Shown here piece by piece: positions 39,254 to 48,449 of a stretch of 64,000 nucleotides of DNA; the first letter of the stretch is position 1; every line of letters starts with the position of its first letter. The position numbers and the translations under genes are program-made. This DNA comes from Myxococcota bacterium. GTDB lineage: Bacteria > Myxococcota_A > UBA9160 > PR03. Where the stretch lies: assembly GCA_035506135.1 (NCBI GenBank), contig DATJPY010000103.1, forward strand, positions 3,448-67,447, in the 5' to 3' direction. Below the pieces are notes generated by a model that was given only the letters and a program-made list of their open reading frames with translations, ran no database searches and was not told where the DNA came from.

Positions 39254-39772
39254 ATGCCGCCGAAGACGAAGATCTTCCTCGGCGCCTTCCTCGTCGTCGC
39301 CGTCCTCGACCAGGCAACCAAGCTCTGGATCTCGAGCACGATGTCGTTCGCCGATCGCCTTCCGATGATCGACGGCTTCTTCTACATCACCAACGTGCGG
39401 AACCGCGGGGCGGCGTTCAGCCTCTTCGCCGAAGCGCCCGCGCCGGTGCGGCTCACGCTGTTCATCGGCATCACGCTGGTCGCGATCGCGCTGATCGTCT
39501 CGTTCTACCGCCGCCTCGCCCCCGGGGACCGACTCTCCGCGCTCTCGCTCGGAATGATTCTCGGCGGCGCCGTCGGAAACCTGATCGATCGAGTGGTACG
39601 CGGCGAGGTGGTCGACTTCCTCCACTTCCGACTGTGGGGCGGCTACGAGTGGCCGGACTTCAACCTCGCCGACAGCGCGATCGTCGTCGGTGTGGCGTTC
39701 CTCATCGTCGAGCTTCTCGCCACCGAGGGGGAGACGCGTTCCGACCCCGCGGGAGTCGAGCCCGGCGCCTGA
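39254..39772 (+). CDS. lspA: Lipoprotein signal peptidase (signal peptidase II)
   Basis: Contains LDQATKLW, NRGAAFS, GGAVGNLIDR and FNLADSAIVVG. Confidence 0.93.
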   Translation: MPPKTKIFLGAFLVVAVLDQATKLWISSTMSFADRLPMIDGFFYITNVRNRGAAFSLFAEAPAPVRLTLFIGITLVAIALIVSFYRRLAPGDRLSALSLGMILGGAVGNLIDRVVRGEVVDFLHFRLWGGYEWPDFNLADSAIVVGVAFLIVELLATEGETRSDPAGVEPGA

Positions 39773-39893
39773 ACGCGCGTCGCGCGCGATTCTCTCCGCA
39801 ATCTTCGGGACGTGCGGGCGAGAGCGCAGACTCTTCTTGGTGTAGCCCTATCTGGTACCGGCAAAAAACCGAGTTCACGTTGCCGACTTCTTG

Positions 39894-39921
39894 TTGACAC
39901 CCAATCAGACGCGTGTAATAC
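39894..39921 (+). promoter_or_regulatory. sigma70-type promoter: TTGACA, 16 nt spacer, TAATAC
   Basis: Consensus -35 at 39894-39899 and -10 at 39916-39921, inside an AT-richer patch. It implies a leader of about 115 nt before the iclR ATG. Confidence 0.5.
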
Positions 39922-39959
39922 AGGGGCGCCACCGACGAGGAGGGGCCCCGTCGCGGCAT

Positions 39960-39986
39960 CTTCTTCCATCGACCTTCTTCCACGAC
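39960..39986. repeat. Adjacent direct repeat CTTCTTCCA(T)CGAC, two copies, in the iclR leader
   Basis: CTTCTTCCATCGAC at 39960-39973 and CTTCTTCCACGAC at 39974-39986. Related CTTCTTG elements occur at about 39832 and 39888. Confidence 0.6.
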
Positions 39987-40042
39987 CACGGGTTTCGAGA
40001 CGGAGCGCGTCCGGGTCCGCGGGTCCTGCAAAGGGCGTGTCG

Positions 40043-40825
40043 ATGCAACGGGCCAAGAGCGAGTACGCGATCCAGACCGTCAGCAATGCGCTCCGCCTCC
40101 TCGAGGCGTTCGAGGGCGAGGAGGAGCTCGGGGTCACCGACCTCGCCAAGCGGCTCAACCTGCACAAGAACAACGTCTTTCGCCTGCTCGCCACCCTGGA
40201 GCAGAAGGGCTACGTCGAGCAGGACGAGAACGAGTGCTATCGGCTGGGGAACAGCTGCCTCCAGCTCGCCCACGCCTTCTCGCGTACGCGCGCGCTCACC
40301 CGCCTCGCCCGGGCGGTGCTCGAGGGGCTTGCGCGCGAGACCGGCGAGACCGCGCACCTGGGCGTGCTGCGGGAGTTCGAGGTCGTGCATCTCGACGGCG
40401 AGCAGGCGCAGGATCTGGTCGTGACGGCGCTTCGGGTGGGCCAACGTCTGCCCAGTCACTGCAGTGCGCTCGGCAAGGTGCTGCTGGCCTGCGCGCCTTC
40501 GTCCACCCTCGAGAGCTACGACCGGCAGGTCGCCTCGAAGGGCATCGCCGCGCGCACCGACGAGACGATCGTCGATCGCGACAAGCTGATCGAGCACCTG
40601 CGCCGGGTGGCGGCGCAGGGCTGGGCGCTCGACCTGGAGGAGTGCGGGCGCGGCCTCGCCTGCGCGGCGGCGCCCGTGCACGACGGCTCGGGGCGCATGC
40701 TCGCCGCGCTCTCGGTCTCCGGCCCGTCGTTCCGGCTCGATCGCGACGAGCTCGAGAGCCGCATCGTGCCGGCCGTCGTAAGCGCCGCGAGCCATCTCTC
40801 GCGGCGGCTCGGCAGCGCGCTCTAG
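40043..40825 (+). CDS. IclR-family transcriptional regulator
   Basis: ATG at 40043. HTH region ALRLLEAFEGEEELGVTDLAKRLNLHKNNVFRLLATLEQKGYV, followed by an IclR effector domain. Confidence 0.88.
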   Translation: MQRAKSEYAIQTVSNALRLLEAFEGEEELGVTDLAKRLNLHKNNVFRLLATLEQKGYVEQDENECYRLGNSCLQLAHAFSRTRALTRLARAVLEGLARETGETAHLGVLREFEVVHLDGEQAQDLVVTALRVGQRLPSHCSALGKVLLACAPSSTLESYDRQVASKGIAARTDETIVDRDKLIEHLRRVAAQGWALDLEECGRGLACAAAPVHDGSGRMLAALSVSGPSFRLDRDELESRIVPAVVSAASHLSRRLGSAL

Positions 40826-40998
40826 ACCCGCCCGCTCCGACGCAAATCGCCAGAATCAAAGCGGAATCGAGGCCCGCTCGCGGGGCGGGTCCGCTTCGCG
40901 GTGGATCCCTCGATCTGATAGACTGCCGCCCCCATCGCCATTCGTCGCGGTGACGCGGCGCCGGATCGCGAGCGAGACCGAGAGAAGCAGCCGAAGCC

Positions 40999-42291
40999 GT
41001 GATCACCAAGGAACAGGCACTCGCGTACCACGCCGAGGGGCGGCCCGGGAAGATCCAGGTCGTTCCAACCAAGCCGACGCTCACCGCCGACGACCTCTCG
41101 ATGGCGTACACCCCGGGCGTGGCCGAGCCGTGTCGCGAGATCGCCAAGGATCCGGAGCGGGTGTATCGCTACACCGCCCGCGGCAACCTCGTCGCCGTGG
41201 TCACCAACGGCACCGCGGTGCTCGGCCTCGGCAACATCGGCGCCCTCGCCGGCAAGCCGGTGATGGAGGGCAAGGGGGTCCTCTTCAAGCGCTTCGCCGA
41301 CGTCGACGTGTTCGACATCGAGATCGCCAGCGAGGACCCCGAAGAGGTGATCCGCGTCTGCCAGCTGATCGCCCCGACCTTCGGCGGGATCAACCTGGAG
41401 GACATCCGGGCGCCGGAGTGCTTCGAGATCGAGCGCCGGCTCGTCGAGACGCTCGACATCCCGGTGTTCCACGACGACCAGCACGGGACGGCCATCATCT
41501 CGGGCGCGGCGCTGCTGAACGCGCTCGAGCTCACCGGGAAGAAGGTGGGCGAGGTGAAGGTGGTGTTCTCGGGGGCGGGTGCCTCGGCCATCGCCTGTGG
41601 CCGGTTCTACAAGGATCTGGGCGTGCGGGCGGAGAACATCACCCTGGTCGACAGCAAGGGCGTGATCTTCGAGGGCCGCAAGGACGGGATGAACCCGTAC
41701 AAGGAGGAGTTCGCGCGGCGCACCAACGACCGCACGCTCTCCGACGCGATGCGGGGCGCGGACGTGTTCGTGGGGCTCTCCTCGGCCGGGCTGGTGACGC
41801 AGCCCATGGTGAAGGCGATGGCGCCGAAGCCGATCATCTTCGCGATGGCCAATCCCGACCCCGAGATCACCCCCGACGAGGTGGCGGCGGTGCGCGGCGA
41901 CGCGATCATGGCCACCGGACGCTCGGACTTCGCCAACCAGGTGAACAACGTGCTCGGCTTCCCGTTCATCTTCCGCGGCGCGCTCGACGTGCGGGCGCGC
42001 CAGATCAACGAGGAGATGAAGCAGGCCGCCGCGTACGGGCTGGCCGAGCTGGCGAGGCTCGGCGAGCGCGAGGGCATCCCGGACGTGGTGCGCACCGCCT
42101 ATCCCGGCGAGCGCTTCGAGTTCGGGCCCGACTATCTGATCCCGAAGCCCTTCGACCCGCGCGTCCTGGTGCACGTCGCCCTGGCGGTGGCCCGGGCCGC
42201 GGTCGAGACGGGCGTGGCGCGCGTGCACTGCGATCTCGGCGAGTACCGGCGCTCGCTCGAGGCGCGGGTCGCCGAGATCTCGAAGCTCTGA
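40999..42291 (+). CDS. NAD(P)-dependent malic enzyme (short form, no PTA domain)
   Basis: Contains [49 protein letters not shown] and ANPDPEI. Confidence 0.9.
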   Translation: MITKEQALAYHAEGRPGKIQVVPTKPTLTADDLSMAYTPGVAEPCREIAKDPERVYRYTARGNLVAVVTNGTAVLGLGNIGALAGKPVMEGKGVLFKRFADVDVFDIEIASEDPEEVIRVCQLIAPTFGGINLEDIRAPECFEIERRLVETLDIPVFHDDQHGTAIISGAALLNALELTGKKVGEVKVVFSGAGASAIACGRFYKDLGVRAENITLVDSKGVIFEGRKDGMNPYKEEFARRTNDRTLSDAMRGADVFVGLSSAGLVTQPMVKAMAPKPIIFAMANPDPEITPDEVAAVRGDAIMATGRSDFANQVNNVLGFPFIFRGALDVRARQINEEMKQAAAYGLAELARLGEREGIPDVVRTAYPGERFEFGPDYLIPKPFDPRVLVHVALAVARAAVETGVARVHCDLGEYRRSLEARVAEISKL

Positions 42292-42328
42292 TCCGCAGGT
42301 TGCGCCGGAAGCGAGAGCCACTGCGCGC

Positions 42329-43879
42329 ATGTCGATCGAAGACAAGCTGAAGCGACTCGAGGAGCTGAACGCGCAAGCGATGCTCGGCGGCGGGCACGCG
42401 CGCATCGAGCGGCAGCACGCCGCCGGCAAGCTGTCGGCGCGCGAGCGCATCGAGCTCCTGCTCGATCCAGGCTCTTTCGTCGAGACCGATCGTTTCGTCA
42501 CCCACCGCTGCACCGACTTCGGCATGGAGGAGCAGAAGATCCCCGGCGACGGGGTGGTGACCGGCTACGGGAAGGTCGACGGGCGCCTCGTGTTCCTGTT
42601 CGCGCAGGACTTCACCGTCTTCGGGGGGAGCCTCTCCGGCGCCTTCGCCGAGAAGATCTGCAAGGTGATGGACCTCGCGGTCAAGGCCGGCGCGCCCTTC
42701 ATCGGGCTCAACGACGGCGCCGGCGCGCGTATCCAGGAGGGCGTCGTCTCGCTCGGCGGCTACGGCGACGTCTTCACGCGCAACGTGCTGGCGAGCGGCG
42801 TGATCCCGCAGATCTCGGCGATCATGGGCCCGTGTGCGGGAGGTGCGGTCTACTCGCCTGCGATGACCGACTTCATCGTGATGGTGAGGAACACCTCGAA
42901 CATGTTCATCACCGGACCCGACGTCATCAAGACCGTCACGCACGAGGAGGTCTCGGCCGAGGAGCTGGGCGGCGCACTGGCACACGCCTCGAGGAGCGGG
43001 GTCGCCGACTTCGCCGTCAACAGCGAGGAGGAGTGCATCCAGATCCTCCGGAGCCTGCTCTCCTTCATCCCGCAGAACAACCTCGAGGATCCGCCCTTCG
43101 TCGCCACCGAGGATCCCATCGACCGCCAGGATCCCGCGCTGCGCAACCTGGTGCCGGACAACCCGAACAAGCCGTACGACATCAAGGAGCTGATCAAGCT
43201 GGTCGTCGACGACGGCAACTTCCTCGAGGTCCACCCGCTCTACGGGAAGAACATCGTCGTCGGCTTCGGGCGCTTCGGCGGTCGCTCGGTCGGCATCGTG
43301 GCGAACCAGCCGGCCCACCGCGCCGGCGTGCTCGACATCGACGCCTCGCGCAAGGGCGGCCGCTTCGTGCGCTTCTGCGACGCCTTCAACCTCCCGATCA
43401 TCACCTTCGTGGACGTGCCGGGTTTCCTGCCGGGCGTCGACCAGGAGCACGGCGGCATCATCACGCACGGCTCGAAGCTGCTGTACGCCTACTGCGAGGC
43501 CACCGTGCCGCGGGTCACCGTGATCACGCGCAAGGCGTACGGCGGCGCCTACGTCGTCATGAGCTCCAAGCACACCCGCGCCGACGTGAACTTCGCCTTC
43601 CCGACCGCCGAGATCGCGGTGATGGGTCCGGACGGGGCCGTCAACATCGTGTTCCGCAAGGAGCTGCAGGAGTCCGCCGACCCGGCCGCGCGCCGCGTCG
43701 AGCTCGAGGCCGACTACCGCGAGAAGTTCGCCAATCCCTTCAAGGCAGCCGAGCTCGGCTACATCGACGAGGTGATCAAGCCGGAGGAGACGCGCGGCAA
43801 GATCATCCGCTCCCTCGAGATGCTGGCCAACAAGCGCGACCAGAACCCGCCCAAGAAGCACGGGAACATTCCGCTCTGA
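42329..43879 (+). CDS. Acyl-CoA carboxylase carboxyltransferase subunit (PccB/MmdA-like)
   Basis: Contains [36 protein letters not shown] and [18 protein letters not shown]. Confidence 0.92.
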   Translation: MSIEDKLKRLEELNAQAMLGGGHARIERQHAAGKLSARERIELLLDPGSFVETDRFVTHRCTDFGMEEQKIPGDGVVTGYGKVDGRLVFLFAQDFTVFGGSLSGAFAEKICKVMDLAVKAGAPFIGLNDGAGARIQEGVVSLGGYGDVFTRNVLASGVIPQISAIMGPCAGGAVYSPAMTDFIVMVRNTSNMFITGPDVIKTVTHEEVSAEELGGALAHASRSGVADFAVNSEEECIQILRSLLSFIPQNNLEDPPFVATEDPIDRQDPALRNLVPDNPNKPYDIKELIKLVVDDGNFLEVHPLYGKNIVVGFGRFGGRSVGIVANQPAHRAGVLDIDASRKGGRFVRFCDAFNLPIITFVDVPGFLPGVDQEHGGIITHGSKLLYAYCEATVPRVTVITRKAYGGAYVVMSSKHTRADVNFAFPTAEIAVMGPDGAVNIVFRKELQESADPAARRVELEADYREKFANPFKAAELGYIDEVIKPEETRGKIIRSLEMLANKRDQNPPKKHGNIPL

Positions 43880-45420
43880 TGACGTTCCGGAAGGTGCTCA
43901 TCGCCAATCGCGGCGAGATCGCAGTGCGGGTGATGCGGGCCTGCCGCGAGATGGGGATCAAGACGGTCGCCATCTACTCGGACGTCGACCGCGATGCGCT
44001 GCACGTGCGCTTCGCCGACGAGGCGTATCCGTGCGGGCCGCCGCCGGCGCGCGAGTCCTACCTGATCGGCGAGCGCATCGTGGACATCGCCAAGCGCTGC
44101 GGCGCCGAGGCGATCCACCCCGGCTACGGCTTCCTCTCGGAACGCGGCGAGTTCGCGGACCTCTGCCAGCGCGAGGGCATCGTCTTCATCGGCCCCGCCG
44201 GCTCCGTGATGCGCTCCATGGGCGACAAGGTGACGGCCCGGCAGACCATGGAGCGGGCCGGCGTTCCCATCGTGCCGGGGACGACGGAGCGCCTGACCGA
44301 CGAGGCGATCGCCCGCTGGGTGAAGGACGTGGGACCGCCCGTGATGATCAAGGCGAGCGCGGGCGGCGGCGGCAAGGGGATGCGGCTCGTGCGGCACGAG
44401 AAGGATCTCGCATCCGCCGTCGCGCGCGCGCGCTCCGAGGCGAAGAGCTCCTTCGGCGACGACTCGCTCTACGTCGAGAAGTTCGTCGAGGAGCCGCGCC
44501 ACATCGAGATCCAGATCCTGGCCGACACGCACGGCGACGTCGTGCACCTGTTCGAGCGGGAGTGCTCGATCCAGCGCCGGCATCAGAAGGTGATCGAGGA
44601 GGCGCCTGGAAACCGGATCAGCGACGACCTGCGCGCGCGGATGGGCGAGGCCGCCGTGGCGGCGGGCAAAGCGGTCGGCTACGTGGGCGCCGGCACCTGC
44701 GAGTTCCTGGTCGATCGACACGGGCACTTCTACTTCCTCGAGATGAACACGCGCGTGCAGGTCGAGCACGCCATCACCGAGGCGATCACCGGCATCGACA
44801 TCGTGAAGACGATGATCCGCGTGGCGGCGGGCGAGCCGCTCGGCCTGCGCCAGGAGGACCTCGCGATCAGCGGGCACGCCATCGAGGCGCGCATCTACGC
44901 CGAGGATCCCGACAACAACTTCGTGCCGTCGCCCGGCGAAATCGCGGTCTACCGGCCCGCGGCCGGCCCGGGCATCCGCGTCGACAGCGGCGTCTACCAG
45001 GGCGCGCGCGTCACGGTCTTCTACGACCCCATGGTCGCGAAGCTGGTCACCTGGGGGCGCGACCGCAAGGAGGCGATCGAGCGCCTGCGCCGCGCGCTCT
45101 CCGAGTTCGTGGTGAAGGGCATCAAGACCTCGATCCCGTTCCACCAGCGGGTGGTGCAGCACCCGCTCTTCCTCGAGGGGCGCTACGACACGGGCTTCAT
45201 CGAGCAGCACATGGCCGGTGGCAAGGGCGGCGGGCCGGCCGCCGCCGACGAGGATGCCGCCGAGGCGCGCCGGGTGGCCTTCATGATGGCCGCGATCGCC
45301 GCCTATCGGCGCGACAAGGCGCGCGCGGGGTCGACCAGCGCCGGCGCACCCGCCGCGGGCGGACAGGACCCGTGGAAGAGCTTCGGCCGTCGCGCGCAGA
45401 TGCGCGGGGGACTCCGGTGA
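43879..45420 (+). CDS. accC: Biotin carboxylase subunit with C-terminal extension
   Basis: The ATG shares 1 nt with the previous TGA. Contains KVLIANRGEIAVRV, IHPGYGFLSE, MIKASAGGGGKGMR and EMNTRVQVEHAITE. Confidence 0.92.
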   Translation: MTFRKVLIANRGEIAVRVMRACREMGIKTVAIYSDVDRDALHVRFADEAYPCGPPPARESYLIGERIVDIAKRCGAEAIHPGYGFLSERGEFADLCQREGIVFIGPAGSVMRSMGDKVTARQTMERAGVPIVPGTTERLTDEAIARWVKDVGPPVMIKASAGGGGKGMRLVRHEKDLASAVARARSEAKSSFGDDSLYVEKFVEEPRHIEIQILADTHGDVVHLFERECSIQRRHQKVIEEAPGNRISDDLRARMGEAAVAAGKAVGYVGAGTCEFLVDRHGHFYFLEMNTRVQVEHAITEAITGIDIVKTMIRVAAGEPLGLRQEDLAISGHAIEARIYAEDPDNNFVPSPGEIAVYRPAAGPGIRVDSGVYQGARVTVFYDPMVAKLVTWGRDRKEAIERLRRALSEFVVKGIKTSIPFHQRVVQHPLFLEGRYDTGFIEQHMAGGKGGGPAAADEDAAEARRVAFMMAAIAAYRRDKARAGSTSAGAPAAGGQDPWKSFGRRAQMRGGLR

Positions 45421-45947
45421 ACTACGAGGTCTCCGAGAAGGGCGGCGAGACCCGCACCGTCGGCCTCGTCGAGATCGGTGACAACGAGTACGAGGTGACG
45501 CTCGACGGGCGCACCGTCCGCGTCGACGCCGCGCGGAGCGGCCGCACCATCTACTCGATCATCGAGGACGGGCGCCAGTTCGAGGTGATCATCGACGAGC
45601 AGGGCGCGCACGGCTTCGACGTCCTCGTCGGCGGCCAGCTCCTCCACCTCCAGGCCCACGACGAGCGCTCCAAGCTGCTCGCCGCGACGGCGAAGGTGGT
45701 GGCGACGGGGCCGCAGCGGGTCGAGGCCGAGATGCCCGGCAAGGTCGTGAAGATCAACGTGGCCGTGGGCTCCGAGGTGCGCGAGGGCCAGGGCGTGGTG
45801 ATCCTCGAAGCCATGAAGATGGAGAACGAGATCCCCGCGCCGGTCGACGGCGTGCTCCGCGAGGTCGCCGTAACCGAGGGGCAGACGGTGGAGGGCGGCC
45901 AGCTCCTGTTCGTGGTGGAGCCGCCCGCGAAGCCGGGAGCCGCGTAG
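45417..45947 (+). CDS. Biotin carboxyl carrier protein with N-terminal BT-like region
   Basis: GTGA overlap at 45417-45420. Contains the biotinylation motif EAMKMENEI. Confidence 0.88.
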   Translation: MNYEVSEKGGETRTVGLVEIGDNEYEVTLDGRTVRVDAARSGRTIYSIIEDGRQFEVIIDEQGAHGFDVLVGGQLLHLQAHDERSKLLAATAKVVATGPQRVEAEMPGKVVKINVAVGSEVREGQGVVILEAMKMENEIPAPVDGVLREVAVTEGQTVEGGQLLFVVEPPAKPGAA

Positions 45948-45949
45948 CC

Positions 45950-46894
45950 CTGCGCCCGGTCCTGCTCGACACCGACATCGGCAGCGACGTCGACGACGCG
46001 CTGGCGCTGGCGGTGATCCTGGCGGAGCCCGACGCGCTCGAGCTGGTCGCCATCACGACGGTGTCGGGCGACACGCGGCTGCGCGCGCGCATCGCCGCGC
46101 GCCTGCTCGGCGTCGCCGGGCGGACGCGCGTCGACGTCTGCGCGGGCGAGGAGGCGCCGCTCCTGCGCGGGCGCGACCGCTTCGTCTGGTTCGGGCACGA
46201 GGGCAAGAGCCTGCCGGACGGGCCCGACGCCGGGCTCTCGGACGAAGGGGCGCCGGAGCGCATCGTGCGCGCCGCGCGCGAGCGCCCCGGGCTCGAGCTC
46301 GTCGCCATCGGCCCCCTCACGAACGTGGCGCGCGCGCTCGCGCTCGACCCGAAGCTCCCCGAGCGGGTCGGCGGCCTCAGCGTGATGGGCGGCCACGTGC
46401 GCGAGGTGCGCCTCGGGGGCAAGGCGCTGCCGCACGGCATCGACTACAACCTCTGCTCCGATCCCGAGGCGACCGTCGCGGTGCTGGGGGCCGGCTTCCG
46501 CACGACGCTGGTCACCGCCGACGTGACCCTGCAGACCTGGATGGGACCGGCCGACGTCGAGCGCCTCGCCGGCCGCGGCCCGCTGGCGCGCGCGCTCGTC
46601 CCGATGATCCGGACCTGGTCGGCTGTACAGCGCCGGCTCTTCGAGTCGTGGGGCGGACCCGAGCCCGACGACTTCGCGGCGTTCCTGCACGATCCGCTCA
46701 CCGCGCTGGCGCTCGTCGATCCGAGCCCCCTCCACTTCGAAAGGCTCCGCATCGTGCCGACGGTCCAGGCCGGCATCCTGCGCACCCTCGAGGCGCCGGC
46801 CGGCGGCGCGGTCGGCAGCGAGATGCAGGTGGCGACCGGCGTCGACGCGGCCGCCGCGCGCCGCGCGATCGTCGACCGCCTGGCCGCGCGCTAG
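45950..46894 (+). CDS. Nucleoside hydrolase (IUNH family); start uncertain (CTG 45950 or GTG 46013)
   Basis: The in-frame conserved N-terminal Asp cluster LLDTDIGSDVDDALALAV lies upstream of the first canonical start, GTG 46013. The rest is IUNH-like (AIGPLTNVA). Confidence 0.75.
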   Translation: MRPVLLDTDIGSDVDDALALAVILAEPDALELVAITTVSGDTRLRARIAARLLGVAGRTRVDVCAGEEAPLLRGRDRFVWFGHEGKSLPDGPDAGLSDEGAPERIVRAARERPGLELVAIGPLTNVARALALDPKLPERVGGLSVMGGHVREVRLGGKALPHGIDYNLCSDPEATVAVLGAGFRTTLVTADVTLQTWMGPADVERLAGRGPLARALVPMIRTWSAVQRRLFESWGGPEPDDFAAFLHDPLTALALVDPSPLHFERLRIVPTVQAGILRTLEAPAGGAVGSEMQVATGVDAAAARRAIVDRLAAR

Positions 46895-47649
46895 CGGCTC
46901 GGCACGACCGCGCTCGAGCGCGCTTCGTCGCGCTTCGGCGCGAAGAGCCAGGCCGCCAGAACGCCGAGCAGGTAGAGCAGGCACATCGGCACCGCGAGCA
47001 GGGTCTGGCTCACCCAGTCCGTCGAGGGCGTCAGCACGGCACCCAGGATGAAGCAGATCAGCACGGCGTACGGGAAGCCGCGCAGCAGGCGCTTCACGTC
47101 CACGATGCCGGCCGAGGCCAGAAAGAAGACGACCACGGGTAGCTCGAAGGCTGCGCCGAAGGCCAGGAACATGCTGGTCGTCATGCCGAAGACCTCCTCC
47201 ATGGTCCAGGCCGCCTGCACGAACTCGCTCTCGAAGTTGCCGAGGAAGGCGAACATCAGCGGAAACACGAACGTGTGTCCGAAGAATGCGCCCGAGACGA
47301 AGAGCACCGTCGAGACCACCACGAAGGGAACCGCGAACCGCTTCTCCTTCGGATAGAGCCCCGGTGCGATGAAGGCCCAGGCCTGCCAGAGGATCACGGG
47401 CAGCGCGAGCACGAAGCCGGCCAGCGCGGCGCCCTTCATGTAGGTGACGAAGATCTCGCTCGGCGCGATCGCCTGCAGGTGGCCCTTGGTTCCGAGCGCC
47501 GCGACCGCCGGCCGCAGCAGGTAGCGGAAGATCTCCTCCTTGTAGGTCCAGGCCAGCGCGACGCCGACGCCCCAGGCGAGGATCGAGCGGATCAGTCGGG
47601 TTCGGAGCTCGGCGAGGTGCTCCGTCAGCGGAAGCCGCGTCTCGTCCAT
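46891..47649 (-). CDS. tatC: Twin-arginine translocase subunit TatC
   Basis: Contains LTEHLAELRTRLI, six TM helices, and PSTDWVSQ. Confidence 0.93.
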   Translation of the reverse strand: MDETRLPLTEHLAELRTRLIRSILAWGVGVALAWTYKEEIFRYLLRPAVAALGTKGHLQAIAPSEIFVTYMKGAALAGFVLALPVILWQAWAFIAPGLYPKEKRFAVPFVVVSTVLFVSGAFFGHTFVFPLMFAFLGNFESEFVQAAWTMEEVFGMTTSMFLAFGAAFELPVVVFFLASAGIVDVKRLLRGFPYAVLICFILGAVLTPSTDWVSQTLLAVPMCLLYLLGVLAAWLFAPKRDEARSSAVVPSR

Positions 47650-47952
47650 CTAGCTCGAGCGCGGCTCGGCGGGCCTCGCGTCGGCGTGGGCGGCCGGTGC
47701 GGCCGTGGGCTCCGCCGGGGCCTGGCTCGCCGCGGAGAGCTGCGTGGGAGCCTGCGGTGCGGTCTCCGCCGGCCGCCCGCTCGGCTCGCGCATCGCCTCG
47801 TCGAAGGTGGAGCGCAGGTCCGTCGAGGCGCGCCGGAACTCGGCCATCGCCTTGCCGAGCGAGCGGGCCAGCTCGGGCAGGCGCGTCGGACCGAAGATGA
47901 TCAGCGCGACGACCAGGATCACGAGCAGCTCGGACATGCCGATGCCGAACAT
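47650..47952 (-). CDS. tatA: Twin-arginine translocase TatA/E-family protein
   Basis: Contains [42 protein letters not shown]. Its stop abuts the tatC ATG. Confidence 0.9.
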   Translation of the reverse strand: MFGIGMSELLVILVVALIIFGPTRLPELARSLGKAMAEFRRASTDLRSTFDEAMREPSGRPAETAPQAPTQLSAASQAPAEPTAAPAAHADARPAEPRSS

Positions 47953-48036
47953 GGAGGGGCGACCATGGGGAGGGACCTCGCCGCGAGCGGAGGCCCGAAT
48001 CTAGCCGTGCGGAGGGGCGAGCGCCGGTCGCTCCCG

Positions 48037-48435
48037 TCAGGCGGCGGCGACGGCCACCCTGGGCGCCCGCCGCGGCTCCTGCTCCCGCTCGGCCAGCAGC
48101 GCCACCCCCATGCGCGCCTCCCCGACCCGCCCTCGGGCGCTCCAGACGACCCGCGCGAGCGACTCCAGAGAAGGCCGGCCGTCGACGCTGCGCACGATCA
48201 CCCGAAGCAGGGTTCCGACCGCGGCGGCCTCCTCTCCGCGCAGGCACGCGCCCGCGGGCGAGAGGTCGAGGGTGAAGCCCGCCTGCCACCGCTCGTCCCG
48301 ATGGGCGCGCGGAAACGGCGCGTACTGCACCAGCCGGACGGTCGTCTCCCGCCGCACCTTGCGGAGGGATCGCGACCCCGCGGAGCTCCCGCTGCTCCCG
48401 AAATCCAGCGAGAGCTGGCCCCCTGATTCGAGCAT
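48037..48435 (-). CDS. PilZ-domain protein (candidate c-di-GMP receptor)
   Basis: ATG at 48435, 14 nt after the HD-GYP gene stop. Contains the RxxxR-type RKVRRETTVR and the DxSxxG motif DLSPAGA. Confidence 0.75.
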   Translation of the reverse strand: MLESGGQLSLDFGSSGSSAGSRSLRKVRRETTVRLVQYAPFPRAHRDERWQAGFTLDLSPAGACLRGEEAAAVGTLLRVIVRSVDGRPSLESLARVVWSARGRVGEARMGVALLAEREQEPRRAPRVAVAAA

Positions 48436-48449
48436 CTCGTGCGCCCCCC

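Noticed and set aside
39812-40042. The N-terminal 77-aa extension of the IclR ORF shown in the track.
   Set aside because: The extension spans an AT-rich promoter-like patch and direct repeats, and its GC3 is poor. The IclR HTH begins right after the internal ATG at 40043.
43879-45947. The BC and BCCP ORFs interpreted as a frameshifted (pseudogenised) fused PccA alpha subunit.
   Set aside because: The second ORF has its own GTG in a GTGA coupling overlap like many other junctions here. Both parts keep high GC3 and intact motifs. Three-subunit carboxylases with similar subunit sizes exist. This should still be verified by resequencing.
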